Shown piece by piece: positions 37,568-47,336 of a stretch of 64,000 bases of DNA (positions within the stretch are counted from its first letter, which is position 1; each line of letters opens with the position of its first letter). Source of the stretch: a bacterium (GTDB taxonomy: Bacteria > Oederibacteriota > JAJYGY01 > DAIDJD01); NCBI GenBank assembly GCA_035485275.1, contig DATHOE010000024.1, forward strand, positions 43,334 to 107,333, given 5' to 3'. The notes below the pieces were generated by a model. It made no database searches. It worked only from the letters and a program-made list of their open reading frames with translations, and was not told where the DNA came from. The position numbers and the translations under genes are program-made.

Positions 37568-39193
37568 TCAGTGCGGCGCGGACTCCGCCCGTGCGACGGC
37601 GAAAACGCAGAGATCCGGCAGCCCCGCTTCGCGGGCCTGCTGCCAGGCTACCTGGTAGTAGAAGGGATCCTGGATGATCCTTGAGGCGGGATCGGGTTTG
37701 ACCCCGAAACGCGGATTTTCATACACCTTGAAGGTTTGGTCGTCGAACACCAGGGGCCAGCCCTGGCGTTCCATCTGCAGGAAGCTCAGGGCCACGCCAT
37801 CGAGTTTGTAGAGGCCCAGCAGGTTGATGCGCGAGACCACGGCGAAGCGGACGTCCCGGATCCGGCAGGGTGTCGCGAAGCGCGAGGCAGGCGCCCCCGG
37901 GACGTAGAATCCGGAGGCCCGCCCTTCCGCGGCCCCCACCTCGAAGGGTTCGCACACTTGGAAGTCCGGCCGCAGGGCCCAATTGAAATTGGGGAGGCCG
38001 CACACCAGGTCGCCGTGCCGGCCCTTCTGCTCCAAAAACCCTTTAAGTTCGGCGACCTTTTCCGGGCGGCTGCTCCACAGCCTCAGCCAGTCGAGATTGA
38101 GCGGCTTGAAAAAGACAAGCGCGCCCAGGAGAGCCAAGGCCAGGCCCCAGGGGCCCCGGCCCAGCGCGCTGTCGGCCAGGTACGCGGCCCCCAGCGCGGC
38201 CAAAGGCGCCGCGGGGATGAAGGGATAGGGCATGCCGGCGATGTTCCCGCGCTGGCGGATCGGCTCCAGCGTGGCGAAAAACAGGCAGACCAGGAACCAT
38301 TTCCACCTGCCTCCCTCGCGCCATGCGGCCCATCCCATCCCGGCCAGGCCCACGGCCAGGAAGGGAAGGACTTTGATGTCCGAGCCCAGGGCCAGGCCCC
38401 AGGCGGCGACGCTGTGCGGCCCGCCGACGGAACTGGTCCGCAGGAGGCCGCGGATGCTCCACAGCGCCCCCTGCGCGTTCGGCATGACATTCAAGGCGAA
38501 AACCAGCGCCGGCGCGAGCGCCATCCAGGGCAGCGCCCGGGCCCAGCCGGCCGGACGTTTGGCGAGCAGCACCACGGCCCAGCTCAGGGGCAGCCACCAC
38601 AGCCAGTAGCAGGTCGCCAGGGCCAGGCCCGCGCAGAGCGACGCGCGGGACCATGGCCCCCGGCCGGACGTGTCGAACGCGGACTGCCCGTAGGCCAGGG
38701 TGAGGAGCACGAACACGACCGCCAAATGGTGGTAAAAAGCCCTGCCGCCGTGCTCCGCCGCGAAGGGGAGCAGGGCGTAGCAGGCGGCCGCAAAGAGCAC
38801 CCGGCGCGGTGAGGCCAGCTTCCCAGCCAGGGCCGCCACCAGCCCCAGGCTGAGCACTTCCAGCCCGACCGCCCAGAGCCGCGCGCCCGTCATGGCGGAC
38901 CACCACGGCAGGCTGGCCAGGGGCGCGGCGCTCAGGGGTGCCAGGACTGAGGTGGACAGGGGGAAAAACCCGTCCTGCCACATGGCGCCGAGCTGGGGCC
39001 GATGCAGCGAGCCCAGGCAACGGGCCAGCTCCGCCACATAGCCTTCGTCCCAATACCAGGGGGCGTTCAGGGCCACGGAGAGCCGCCAGGCGATGCCGGC
39101 GACCACGATGCACGCCAAGGCGATGCTGTGCCAGGTCTTCCAGGCCCGCAAGGCCTGCGCTTCCCCTGTTGTGGCCTTCATCCCTTCGTTCAT
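37568..39193 (-). CDS. GT39/PMT_2-family (ArnT/PMT-like) GT-C membrane glycosyltransferase (start uncertain, 39181-39328)
   Basis: Polytopic N-terminal domain with a first-loop WYWDEGYVAELAR DE-type motif characteristic of PMT/ArnT-family polyprenyl-phosphate-sugar transferases, plus a C-terminal soluble domain. Confidence 0.65.
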   Translation of the reverse strand: MNEGMKATTGEAQALRAWKTWHSIALACIVVAGIAWRLSVALNAPWYWDEGYVAELARCLGSLHRPQLGAMWQDGFFPLSTSVLAPLSAAPLASLPWWSAMTGARLWAVGLEVLSLGLVAALAGKLASPRRVLFAAACYALLPFAAEHGGRAFYHHLAVVFVLLTLAYGQSAFDTSGRGPWSRASLCAGLALATCYWLWWLPLSWAVVLLAKRPAGWARALPWMALAPALVFALNVMPNAQGALWSIRGLLRTSSVGGPHSVAAWGLALGSDIKVLPFLAVGLAGMGWAAWREGGRWKWFLVCLFFATLEPIRQRGNIAGMPYPFIPAAPLAALGAAYLADSALGRGPWGLALALLGALVFFKPLNLDWLRLWSSRPEKVAELKGFLEQKGRHGDLVCGLPNFNWALRPDFQVCEPFEVGAAEGRASGFYVPGAPASRFATPCRIRDVRFAVVSRINLLGLYKLDGVALSFLQMERQGWPLVFDDQTFKVYENPRFGVKPDPASRIIQDPFYYQVAWQQAREAGLPDLCVFAVARAESAPH

Positions 39194-39315
39194 GGAGCCT
39201 TTCTTGGGCCGGACTCCGTCCAAGGCAAGGACGACAGGCCCGCTTTTGTTTGAGAAACTGCGTCCAATCCGCCGGGCCCTTCTGGGCGGAGCGAGGAAAT
39301 CAAAGGCGGTATGGA

Positions 39316-40479
39316 ATGACCGAAGCAAGGGCCCCCGACGCGGCGGCTCGAACGAATCCCTGGTGGCTCTGGGGCCTGGTCCAGGGCGTCTGCCTCGCGC
39401 TGGCCTTTTACCGCGGCTTCAGGGCCCCCAGCCTGTGGAGCCTGAACTATTACCAGTTAAGCTGGGCGGACGGTTTTTTGCGACGCGGACTGCTGGGGAC
39501 CCTGCTGCTGCCCCTGGGCTGCGCCCGTTTCGATCCCCATGTCATCTGGATGATCCAATGCGCGGTCCTGGCCGCGGCGAGCGCCGTGCTGTTCAGCCTG
39601 GGTCGGCGTGGGACCGCCGTGGCGCTGGCGCTGTGCGTTTTTTGGGCCTCCAGGCTCGGCACCCAATTTTTCAATGAGGTGGGCTATCCCGACCAGGTCC
39701 TGATCCTGCTGGCCGTGGCTTGCGGCGCCCTGCTGTCCCGGGGGCGGGTCTGGGCGACGGCCCTGGTGCTGGCCGCGGCCGCGTTGATCCACGAAATGGC
39801 CGCCTTCACGGTCCTACCCTTGGTGCTGGCCCTGCGTTCGCGACTTCCCCTTGGGAAGCGGCCCGCCCTGTGGAAGCTTTTGACGCCGCCGGCCCTGGCC
39901 TTGGCCGCCCTGCCCTACTTCGCCACTTCCGTGCCCGTGGCGACTCTGCTGCGCTACAGCGGCCACGCCCTCGCCTGCGGTCACCCTTTAGGGCGGCCCG
40001 ATTTTCTCTCCTATTACCGGGATTCCCTGGGCCAGGCGCTGCACTGCTATTACCTGGGCCCCGAATGGTTCGGGATGCTCCTGCCCCTGGCCGCATCCCT
40101 GGCACTGTGGATCCTTTTGGGGGGCGCTTTCCCGGGCGCCTTGATGGGCGAGCGCTGCGCCGCGCTCTTGGCCTGCCTTTGCCCCCTGCTCCTGGGCTTC
40201 CTGGGGGCCGACCGGAACCGCTGGCTGCTCCTGGCGCTGCTGCAGGTGGTTCTGCTTTTGGGGCTCAGCCCGTCCGCTTCGCCCTCGGATCCGGGGCCTG
40301 CGCCGTCCCGTCCGGGCGCGTGGCGGCGGGCCACCCTGGCCCTGCCCCTGCTCATCTTCGTGTTAACCTTGCGTTTCGCCCTCTTCGACGGCTTTGAAGC
40401 GCGTCCGCTGGACCTGGACGCTATCCGCGGCTTTGGCGCCGACCTGGCCGGACAATGGGACAGGCCGCCGTTGCGCTGA
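39316..40479 (+). CDS. hypothetical polytopic membrane protein (about 11 predicted TM segments)
   Basis: In-frame ATG within the longer track ORF; highly hydrophobic; divergent from the GT39 gene; no family recognised. Confidence 0.55.
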   Translation: MTEARAPDAAARTNPWWLWGLVQGVCLALAFYRGFRAPSLWSLNYYQLSWADGFLRRGLLGTLLLPLGCARFDPHVIWMIQCAVLAAASAVLFSLGRRGTAVALALCVFWASRLGTQFFNEVGYPDQVLILLAVACGALLSRGRVWATALVLAAAALIHEMAAFTVLPLVLALRSRLPLGKRPALWKLLTPPALALAALPYFATSVPVATLLRYSGHALACGHPLGRPDFLSYYRDSLGQALHCYYLGPEWFGMLLPLAASLALWILLGGAFPGALMGERCAALLACLCPLLLGFLGADRNRWLLLALLQVVLLLGLSPSASPSDPGPAPSRPGAWRRATLALPLLIFVLTLRFALFDGFEARPLDLDAIRGFGADLAGQWDRPPLR

Positions 40480-40490
40480 GCGCGGCGGCC

Positions 40491-41432
40491 CTAGGGGGCG
40501 GCCCGGGCCAGGCACAGCAGGGAGTTTTCGAAGCCCCCTGACACGCCGAAACGGACCTTTTGGCAGCGCAAAACCTCGAAGCCCTCGGCCTTCAGAAGGG
40601 CCGCCAGCGACGTTTCGTTGAAAAAATTTATGTGTTCGTGGAGGGTCAGGTAACCCAAGGGCGGCACCACGCCAGTCTTCACCCTGAACAGCGTCGAATA
40701 AAAATCGAGGACCTTGCCCAGGTCCGGCCAGGCCGCGACTCGGTCCAGGAATTTCGCGTATAGCCTTTCCGCCGGCCCCCGCGTGGGGATGAAGCCCAGG
40801 CGGTAGCGTTCGTAGGGCACCGTGACCAGGAAACTGGAGCCCGTGGGCCGGGCCAAAGCCTTGATCTCTTTCAGCAGACCGCCGGGGTCGGAGCTGTGCT
40901 CCAGGACGTTGGCGAGGATGATCAGGTCGAAGCTCAGTCCGGAGAGGCCCTCCTTGGACGGGATCATGGTGACCCCATCCACGGCCTTCAGCCCGGAGAT
41001 CTCGAAGACGAAGCGCTCCTTCCCCAACTGTGGCGGGATGAATTGGCCGCGGTCGCCGCCGTAGTCGAGGACCGACGCGATCCCCGACGGGTCTACCCGG
41101 GAGCCGATGAACTCCAGCACCGTCGCGTTCCTGGATGCGATCTCCGCGGGGTTGTCCCCCAGGGAGTCGTTTATTTTTTTCGAATACCAGAATTCGTGGC
41201 GGTGGCGCGCCTCGTAGTAGGCGGGGCCGCGGTATCCGGAGTAAAGCTTTTGGATTTCGGCGGGTTCAAAACGGGAAGCGAAGAAGCGGAAGGAGCAATC
41301 CAGGCATTCGAGCAGGCGGACCCCTCGTCTCGGACCGTCCAGGGCACGGTCGGCGATGAAGGCGGCCGTCAGGGCCGGATAGGAGCGCAGTCGGGATCCC
41401 GAACAACAGGGGCAAGCTTGGATTTCAACCAT
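40491..41432 (-). CDS. class I SAM-dependent methyltransferase with N-terminal CxxC...CxxC zinc ribbon
   Basis: N-terminal CPCCSGS...CLDCSF zinc ribbon; motif I VLDYGGDRGQ; motif post-I/II (DLIILANVLEH); fold typical of sugar/polysaccharide O-methyltransferases. Confidence 0.8.
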   Translation of the reverse strand: MVEIQACPCCSGSRLRSYPALTAAFIADRALDGPRRGVRLLECLDCSFRFFASRFEPAEIQKLYSGYRGPAYYEARHRHEFWYSKKINDSLGDNPAEIASRNATVLEFIGSRVDPSGIASVLDYGGDRGQFIPPQLGKERFVFEISGLKAVDGVTMIPSKEGLSGLSFDLIILANVLEHSSDPGGLLKEIKALARPTGSSFLVTVPYERYRLGFIPTRGPAERLYAKFLDRVAAWPDLGKVLDFYSTLFRVKTGVVPPLGYLTLHEHINFFNETSLAALLKAEGFEVLRCQKVRFGVSGGFENSLLCLARAAP

Positions 41433-41629
41433 GCGCGGCTAACCTCACAGCGCTGCGCACCCGGATGCGCCGCAGGGGAATGTTCCGTGTCCGTGCGATT
41501 GCAAAGGCCCAGCATAACCCAAATTGCGCCTCGCCTCACGCCCTAAGAAGGCTGGCCGAGGAGGCGGCCTTTCGTTAAGCTGGCTGGGCCCCCGCGCTTG
41601 AGGGGGAGCAACAACGAAGAGGAGCTTGC

Positions 41630-42388
41630 GTGCGCCCTGGTTTCAAGACGTCGGCGGGTGGGGGAATTTGGCCGGCCCTCGCAGCGCTTTTGTTCCTGGC
41701 TTTGGTCCCCTTTTTTTACGCGACGTCGGTATCCCAGATCAGCCAGCTCTTCGGCGGGTACTACAATTTCATGGAGGCCGTCGCTCTGGCGCCCTGGGCC
41801 TTCTGGGCGGCGCAGAAGGCGCGTCAGGAATCTTCCTGGTTCGCCTGGGGCCTGTGCGGAGCGGTCTTCGCCCTGCAGATCCTTTCCACTTTCGTGCAAC
41901 TGTTCGCCTACACCCTGCCTGCGGTCGCCTTCATGTATGAAACCATGTGCGGGACATCGTCCATGCCCCTGCGCAGCCATCTGAGGATCGCCGACGCCAT
42001 GGGCCGCCGTAGGCAGGACTGGTACGACCTCTTCTCGGCGCGCTATATCTTCGTCCACTCTCAAGACGGATCTGCGGAGCCGGGCGACACGGTGACGGTG
42101 TATGGGAACAGGGGGGCTTTCCCGCGGGCCTGGCTGGCGGGGAGCGTGCAAAAGGTTCCCGGGGACGAGGACGCCTACCGGCTGCTGGCCGATCCCCGCT
42201 TCAATCCGCGCGAACGCGTGGCCCTGACCGAGGATCCGGGCCTGGCGGGGAGGCCGCCCAAGGGCCTTGTCCGCTGGATCGAGAGCAGCCCCCAAGCCTG
42301 CGCCCTGGCCGCCTGCCTGGCCGGCCTCGTGGCCCTCTTCGGCCTGGCCCGCTGCGACCGAGACCGCGCCGCGAGGGGCTTGCAATGA
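41630..42388 (+). pseudogene. truncated fourth YfhO-like paralog (252-aa ORF retaining only pieces of the N-terminal TM core and the C-terminal domain)
   Basis: Aligns to the full paralogs in three blocks (…SQISQLFGGYYNFMEAVALAPWAFW…FAYTLPAVAF | …YIFVHSQDGSAEPGDTVTVYGNRGAFPRAWLAG…DPRFNPRERVAL… | …ACLAGLVALFGL…) with about 110, 450 and 65 aa missing yet frame preserved. GTG start with GAGGAG 7 nt upstream; its stop overlaps the hrpB ATG. Confidence 0.55.
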
Positions 42389-44826
42389 TGCAGGCGCTTC
42401 CCATCGACGAACACCTTCCCCGCATCCTCGCGCTGATGGAGGAGTCCCCCCTGGGCCTGCTGTGCGCGGAGCCGGGCGCGGGAAAAACCACGCGCGTGCC
42501 CGCGGCCCTGGCCGCGGCGCCCTGGGCCGTCGGCCGTTCGGTGTGGGTGCTCCAGCCGCGGCGCCTGGCTGCGCTGGTGGCCGCCTGGCGGGTGTCCGAG
42601 GAGCAGGGCCAGGGCCAGCCCGGCGGCTTCGTGGGCTACCACTTCCGTTTCGACCGCAAGGAGTCGCGCGAGACCCGTTTGCTCTTCCTCACCGAAGGCA
42701 TGTTCCTGCGGCGCCTGCAGGCAGACCCGGACCTGAACGAGGTGGCCTGCGTGGTGCTCGACGAGTTCCACGAACGCTCCCTGGACGTGGACCTGGCGTT
42801 GGCGCTCCTGCGGCGCCTGAGGGAACGCCGCCCGGACCTCAAGCTCCTGATCATGTCCGCCACCCTCGACGCCCGCAGCCTGAGCGCGAGCCTGGGGGAC
42901 TGCCCGGTGCTGGAGTGCCCGGGCCGCGCCCACGCGGTGGAGCTCTCATACCTGGAACAGGACCGCAGCGACCCCCAGGAGCCCATCGAGCGCCGGGCCG
43001 TGCGCGGTCTGCGCGGGGTGGCGTCCGGGGACGGCGACATCCTGGTTTTTCTTCCCGGCACCGCTGAGATCCGGCGCACCGCCGACCGGCTGGCGGGCGA
43101 CCCCTTCTTCGACAGCCGCAGGGTGCTGGCCCTGCACGGGCAATTGAGCCCCGAGGAACAGAAGCGCGCCCTGGGGCCCGCGGACAAGCCGAAGATCATC
43201 CTGTCCACCAACGTGGCCGAGACCTCGCTCACGGTCCCGGGGGTGCGGGTGGTGGTGGATTCCGGCCTGACGCGGCGCGACGCCTTCAACCCCTTCAGCG
43301 GGCTCAGCGCCCTGGTCACCCTGCCGGCCAGCCAGGCCTCCATGACCCAGCGCGCGGGCCGCGCCGGGCGGGAAGCCCCGGGCCGCTGCCTGCGGTTGTG
43401 TTCCTCCGCGGAATACCAGGCGCGGCCGCGTTTCGATCCGCCGGAACTCCAGCGCGCGGACCTGGCCCAGGCCCTGCTGCAGGCCCTTGCCGCGGGCTTC
43501 GGGGATTTGGGCGAGCTGCCCTGGATCGAAGCGCCGCCGCCCGCCCATGTCGAGGCGGCCAGGGCTTTGCTGCGCGAACTGGGGGCTTTGGATGCGGGGG
43601 GAGGCCTGTCCGCCAAGGGCAAGGCCCTGGCCCGTGCGCCCCTGCATCCGCGCCTTGGGGCCGTGGCCTGGGAGGCCCGCGCCGGAAGCGAAACGGAGTG
43701 GAACGATTTGATGGCCTGCCTGGCCCTGCTGGAGGCCGGGCGCCTTCGTGAGCTGGATTTTTTCACCGCCCTGCGCCGTTTCGAGGCGCAGGGACCGTCG
43801 CGCCTGCTCCTGCGCCAGCTGACCGATTGGTTGGACAAGGAAAAGGAGCGCCCCTCCGCTTCGCAGGGGCCCTGGGACCTGCGCCTGACCTTGGCCCTGA
43901 TGCGGGCCTTTCCGGACCAGGTGGCCTTCACGCGTCAGGGCACGGACAAAAGGGGGCAGACGCGTTTCGTCCTGGCCACGGGCGGGGAAGCCGACTGCCG
44001 CAGCGACAGCTTCAGCACGCCGCCCGGTTTCTATCTTCTGATGGAGATCGTGGAAAGCCGGGCCTTGGGCCAAGCCGCCGGGCTGCCGCGGGTGCAGAGC
44101 CTGGTGGCCCTGCAGCCCGACTGGCTCCTGGAGGCCCTGCCGGAGCGGGTGAAGCAGGTCGCGCTGGTGAGTTTCGACGCCGGCGGCCGGAGGGTCCAGG
44201 CCCGCGAACGCCTGGCCTACGGCGTCCTGGTCCTGGACGAAGGCGAGGCCCGCTCGCAGGCCTCGCGCGACGCCGCGGCAGAGCTGCTGCTGCGCGAGGC
44301 GCGCAAGGCCGGGCTGCAGGCCTTCTGCGGCGAGGGCCAGCCGGACCGATACCTGGCCCGCCGCGCTTTCGTCCTGCAAAGCCGGGCTGAGGCGGAGCTT
44401 CCGGGCGAAGAGGCCTTGTGGGCCGAGGTCGGGGAGCTGGCCAGGGCCGGCGCGCTCAGTTTCGAGGCCCTGCGCCAGGCCGATCCCCTGCGCTTGGTGC
44501 TGGACCGCGCGCCCGCGGCCCGGCGCTTGCTCGACGAGCTGGCGCCCGGCCGTTTGCGCCTGCCCAGCGGCAGGGAAACCACCGTCCACTACCCCCCGGG
44601 CCAGGCCGCCTGGGTGGGATCGCGGCTCCAGGATTTCTTCGGCATGCGTGAGACGCCCAAGGCCGCGGGCCGGCCCCTGACCGTGCATCTGCTGGCGCCC
44701 AACCAGAGGCCCCAGCAGGTCACCCAGGACCTGGCCGGCTTCTGGCAGCGCGAGTACCCGCGCGTGCGCAAGGAGCTGATGCGCAAGTATCCCCGCCACG
44801 CCTGGCCCGAGGATCCATTGGCCTAG
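42385..44826 (+). CDS. hrpB: ATP-dependent RNA helicase HrpB
   Basis: DEAH-box motifs (AEPGAGKTT, DEFHER, SATL, TNVAETSLT, QRAGRAGR) and a C-terminal HrpB domain. Confidence 0.9.
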   Translation: MMQALPIDEHLPRILALMEESPLGLLCAEPGAGKTTRVPAALAAAPWAVGRSVWVLQPRRLAALVAAWRVSEEQGQGQPGGFVGYHFRFDRKESRETRLLFLTEGMFLRRLQADPDLNEVACVVLDEFHERSLDVDLALALLRRLRERRPDLKLLIMSATLDARSLSASLGDCPVLECPGRAHAVELSYLEQDRSDPQEPIERRAVRGLRGVASGDGDILVFLPGTAEIRRTADRLAGDPFFDSRRVLALHGQLSPEEQKRALGPADKPKIILSTNVAETSLTVPGVRVVVDSGLTRRDAFNPFSGLSALVTLPASQASMTQRAGRAGREAPGRCLRLCSSAEYQARPRFDPPELQRADLAQALLQALAAGFGDLGELPWIEAPPPAHVEAARALLRELGALDAGGGLSAKGKALARAPLHPRLGAVAWEARAGSETEWNDLMACLALLEAGRLRELDFFTALRRFEAQGPSRLLLRQLTDWLDKEKERPSASQGPWDLRLTLALMRAFPDQVAFTRQGTDKRGQTRFVLATGGEADCRSDSFSTPPGFYLLMEIVESRALGQAAGLPRVQSLVALQPDWLLEALPERVKQVALVSFDAGGRRVQARERLAYGVLVLDEGEARSQASRDAAAELLLREARKAGLQAFCGEGQPDRYLARRAFVLQSRAEAELPGEEALWAEVGELARAGALSFEALRQADPLRLVLDRAPAARRLLDELAPGRLRLPSGRETTVHYPPGQAAWVGSRLQDFFGMRETPKAAGRPLTVHLLAPNQRPQQVTQDLAGFWQREYPRVRKELMRKYPRHAWPEDPLA

Positions 44827-46049
44827 GACGCGGTCCCTGCCCTGGGCTCCGCCCTGGGCAGGAAGGCCAGGGCCAGCAGCATGGCCAGCACCGCCGCGGC
44901 TGAGACGCCGAAGGCGGAGCCGTATCCGTAACGGGCGGCCAGGCGGCCCAGGAGGAAGGGCGCCAGGAAATTCCAGGGCGCGGTCAGGGTGCTGTAGAGG
45001 CCCATGTAGGTGATGTGCTGGCCGGGTTCGGCCAGGCGCAGCATCCAGGGCAGCATGACCGAGCCGAAGACCATGCTGAAGACGCCCGCGCACAGGAAGC
45101 CCAGGGCGTCCGAGCCCCAGGCGCCGTGGCCGAAGCCGAGGGCGGCCAGGCCGGCGAGGAGGGGCAGGAGGCCCAGGGCCAGGGCCGGGCGCGGTCCGTG
45201 CCGGTCCATGATCCATCCCAGGCACACGGAACCCAGCGTGGCGCCGACGGCCAGCGCGGGATTGAAGAGCTCGAAGTCCGCGGTGCGGCAGCCCTGGTCC
45301 TTCACGAAGCTGGTGAACAGCTGGGTGGATCCGCTGGCGAACTGCAGCAGGACGATGATGACGCCGAAGCCCAGGAAGATTTTTTCGCGGCCGAATTGGC
45401 GCCAGCGGGCCTTCAAAAAGGCCTTCAACGGCGGGGTGGGATCCGGCGGCGGCTTCAGGGGCCGGGTCAGGGCCAGCAGCCAGACGCTGACCGTCTGGAT
45501 CACGAAGGCCGCGCCGAAACATCCGGCGTAGCCCCAGGCCACGCCCCCCTGCGCGGCCAGGCGCGCGGCCAGGGCGCCGGTGAAGACCATGGCCAGCCCG
45601 GAGGCGGAAAAGCACCAGCCGAAGTACCGGCCCAGGCGCTCATCGGGGATGTTGCGGCTGCTGAGGGTGGCCCAGTGCGGCACCACCAGGCCCAGGCAGA
45701 TCCAATGGGCGGTCACCAGCCACAGCAGCAAGGTCCAATGCAGGGCATTGCCCAGGGGCAGGGCCAGGGTGACCGCGGTGGCAAGGGTCACGCACAAGGC
45801 CGGCGCGTGCATCCAGGCGGTTTTTTTCGGGTCGGTCCAGGCGGGGGGGAACACGAAGGCGGCGCCGAGCTGCACCACGTTCAAGCCGGCGAACAGCGAG
45901 GCTTCCAAGAGGCCGGCGTCGGTCACGCTGCGCCCGAGGTCGTGGGCCGCCAGCGGCAGGATGGTCAGCGGATTGATGAAACCCAGGGCCGCGCCCCACA
46001 GGCATTCGTGGATGATGCCCAGGGTGGTGTTGCGTGTGGCTGGATGCAT
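44823..46049 (-). CDS. MFS transporter
   Basis: 12-TM hydrophobic profile with MFS-type loop motifs; 4-nt convergent overlap with hrpB. Confidence 0.8.
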   Translation of the reverse strand: MHPATRNTTLGIIHECLWGAALGFINPLTILPLAAHDLGRSVTDAGLLEASLFAGLNVVQLGAAFVFPPAWTDPKKTAWMHAPALCVTLATAVTLALPLGNALHWTLLLWLVTAHWICLGLVVPHWATLSSRNIPDERLGRYFGWCFSASGLAMVFTGALAARLAAQGGVAWGYAGCFGAAFVIQTVSVWLLALTRPLKPPPDPTPPLKAFLKARWRQFGREKIFLGFGVIIVLLQFASGSTQLFTSFVKDQGCRTADFELFNPALAVGATLGSVCLGWIMDRHGPRPALALGLLPLLAGLAALGFGHGAWGSDALGFLCAGVFSMVFGSVMLPWMLRLAEPGQHITYMGLYSTLTAPWNFLAPFLLGRLAARYGYGSAFGVSAAAVLAMLLALAFLPRAEPRAGTAS

Positions 46050-46150
46050 GGGGAGACGTTAAGGGCCGGGCAGCTCCCGGTCAAGACGGCGGGGCCGGAT
46101 TTTCTTGCGGGGACGGATTTTTTTTGTGGGATTTTCGCGCGCTTAAAAAA

Positions 46151-46666
46151 CTAAGGGATCGGAACCTTGGCCGCCTGCGGCGTTTTCGCGGTGCCCGACA
46201 GCGCGGCCGCTGAGGGGCTCACGGCGGCCGGCTTGGCCTGGGGCTGGGGGCTGGGCGGGGCCAGGGCTTCCACGGCCTGGGAGGCCGAGGCGCTGGAATC
46301 GGAGGCGTTGGCGGCGCGTCCGCCGTCCGCCGCGGGTTTGACGGCCAGGGCGACCCAGCCCGTGACCAGCAGCACGGCGATGGCCCCCGCCGGCACCCAG
46401 CCGGAAGGGAAGAGCGGACGTTCCGCCATGGGGCGGGCCTCGGAGGCGATGCGCGCCCTCAAGCGCGGCAGCAGGTCCGGCGCGGATTCCGCTGCGGGGT
46501 TTTCAGGGGCTTCGCCGCTGTTGAATTCCGCCAGCTCAAGCGCCAGGCAGCGCAAGGCTTCGTCCCTGCGCAGGGCCCAGGCCAGCAGGGAGCGCTGCCA
46601 GGACGGCAGGCCGGCCTGGCTGGCCTTGAACAGCAGGGATTCGAAGAAGGGGCGCAGGAAGCTCAC
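46151..46666 (-). CDS. anti-sigma factor (single TM) cognate to the upstream ECF sigma
   Basis: Starts 4 nt after the ECF sigma stop; cytoplasmic N-terminal about 90 aa, one TM (AGAIAVLLVTGWVALAV), and a Pro/Ala/Ser-rich periplasmic tail. Confidence 0.55.
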   Translation of the reverse strand: MSFLRPFFESLLFKASQAGLPSWQRSLLAWALRRDEALRCLALELAEFNSGEAPENPAAESAPDLLPRLRARIASEARPMAERPLFPSGWVPAGAIAVLLVTGWVALAVKPAADGGRAANASDSSASASQAVEALAPPSPQPQAKPAAVSPSAAALSGTAKTPQAAKVPIP

Positions 46667-46669
46667 GGC

Positions 46670-47242
46670 TCAATCCATCCGTTGTTTGAGATAGGCTCTC
46701 AATTTCTTGTAGGCCCTGGACGCCGCCGCCCGGGCGGCCTCCGGGCCCAGGCCCACGCGCTGTCCGGCTTCCTCCAGCGTCAGGTCGAGGCGGCTGCGCT
46801 GGCGCAGCATTTCCGCGCTGCGCCCAGGAACCTGCTGCAGGGCTTCCAGCAGGAGTTCCGCCAGCTCCCGCTGGTAGGCCTGCACCGAGGCGTCGTTCTC
46901 GCGCCGCCGCAGGCCGCTGTGCTCCGCGGCCAGGGCCACCTCCGGCAGTTCCATGGAGCTTTCGGGCTTGGTTTTACGCCAGTGGTCGCGGCAGAGGTTC
47001 AGGCAGAGGGCGAAGATCCAGGTGCTCAGGCGTGAACCGTGGTGGAAGCTGTCCCGGTGGCGCCAGACCTTCAGCAGGGTGTCCTGGACCACGTCTTCCG
47101 CGGCCTGGCGTTCGTTGACCCGGCGCAGGGCGAAGTAGAACAACCGGGTCTGGAAACGGCGCACCACCTCGTCAAAGGCCTCCGCGTCCTCCGCGCAGAC
47201 GGCCAGCATCAGGTCTTCGTCGCTGGCTCCGTTCAGGTCCAC
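46670..47242 (-). CDS. ECF-type RNA polymerase sigma factor
   Basis: Region 2 (…FDEVVRRFQTRLFYFALRRV…DVVQDTLLKVW) and region 4 (…LDLTLEEAGQRVGLGPEAARAAASRAYKKLR); GTG start. Confidence 0.85.
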   Translation of the reverse strand: MDLNGASDEDLMLAVCAEDAEAFDEVVRRFQTRLFYFALRRVNERQAAEDVVQDTLLKVWRHRDSFHHGSRLSTWIFALCLNLCRDHWRKTKPESSMELPEVALAAEHSGLRRRENDASVQAYQRELAELLLEALQQVPGRSAEMLRQRSRLDLTLEEAGQRVGLGPEAARAAASRAYKKLRAYLKQRMD

Positions 47243-47336
47243 GGCTCACATCCTTGATACGCGCTCGGCGGCCCTTTTGTGACGCCCCCGGGCGTATATA
47301 AAAGCCTTGATTTAAAAGGATATTTCCGGAAAAACC

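Noticed and set aside
42946-45615. 889-aa minus-strand ORF overlapping hrpB (antisense) and the MFS gene (alternative frame)
   Set aside because: Pro/Gly/Arg-rich; it spans two genuine genes on different strands, which a real protein would not.
46085-46130. GC-rich inverted/direct repeat and T8 run (gacggcggggccggattttcttgcggggacggatttttttt) between the MFS and anti-sigma genes
   Set aside because: No clean stem immediately preceding the T-run on either strand and no upstream plus-strand gene to terminate; left uncalled.
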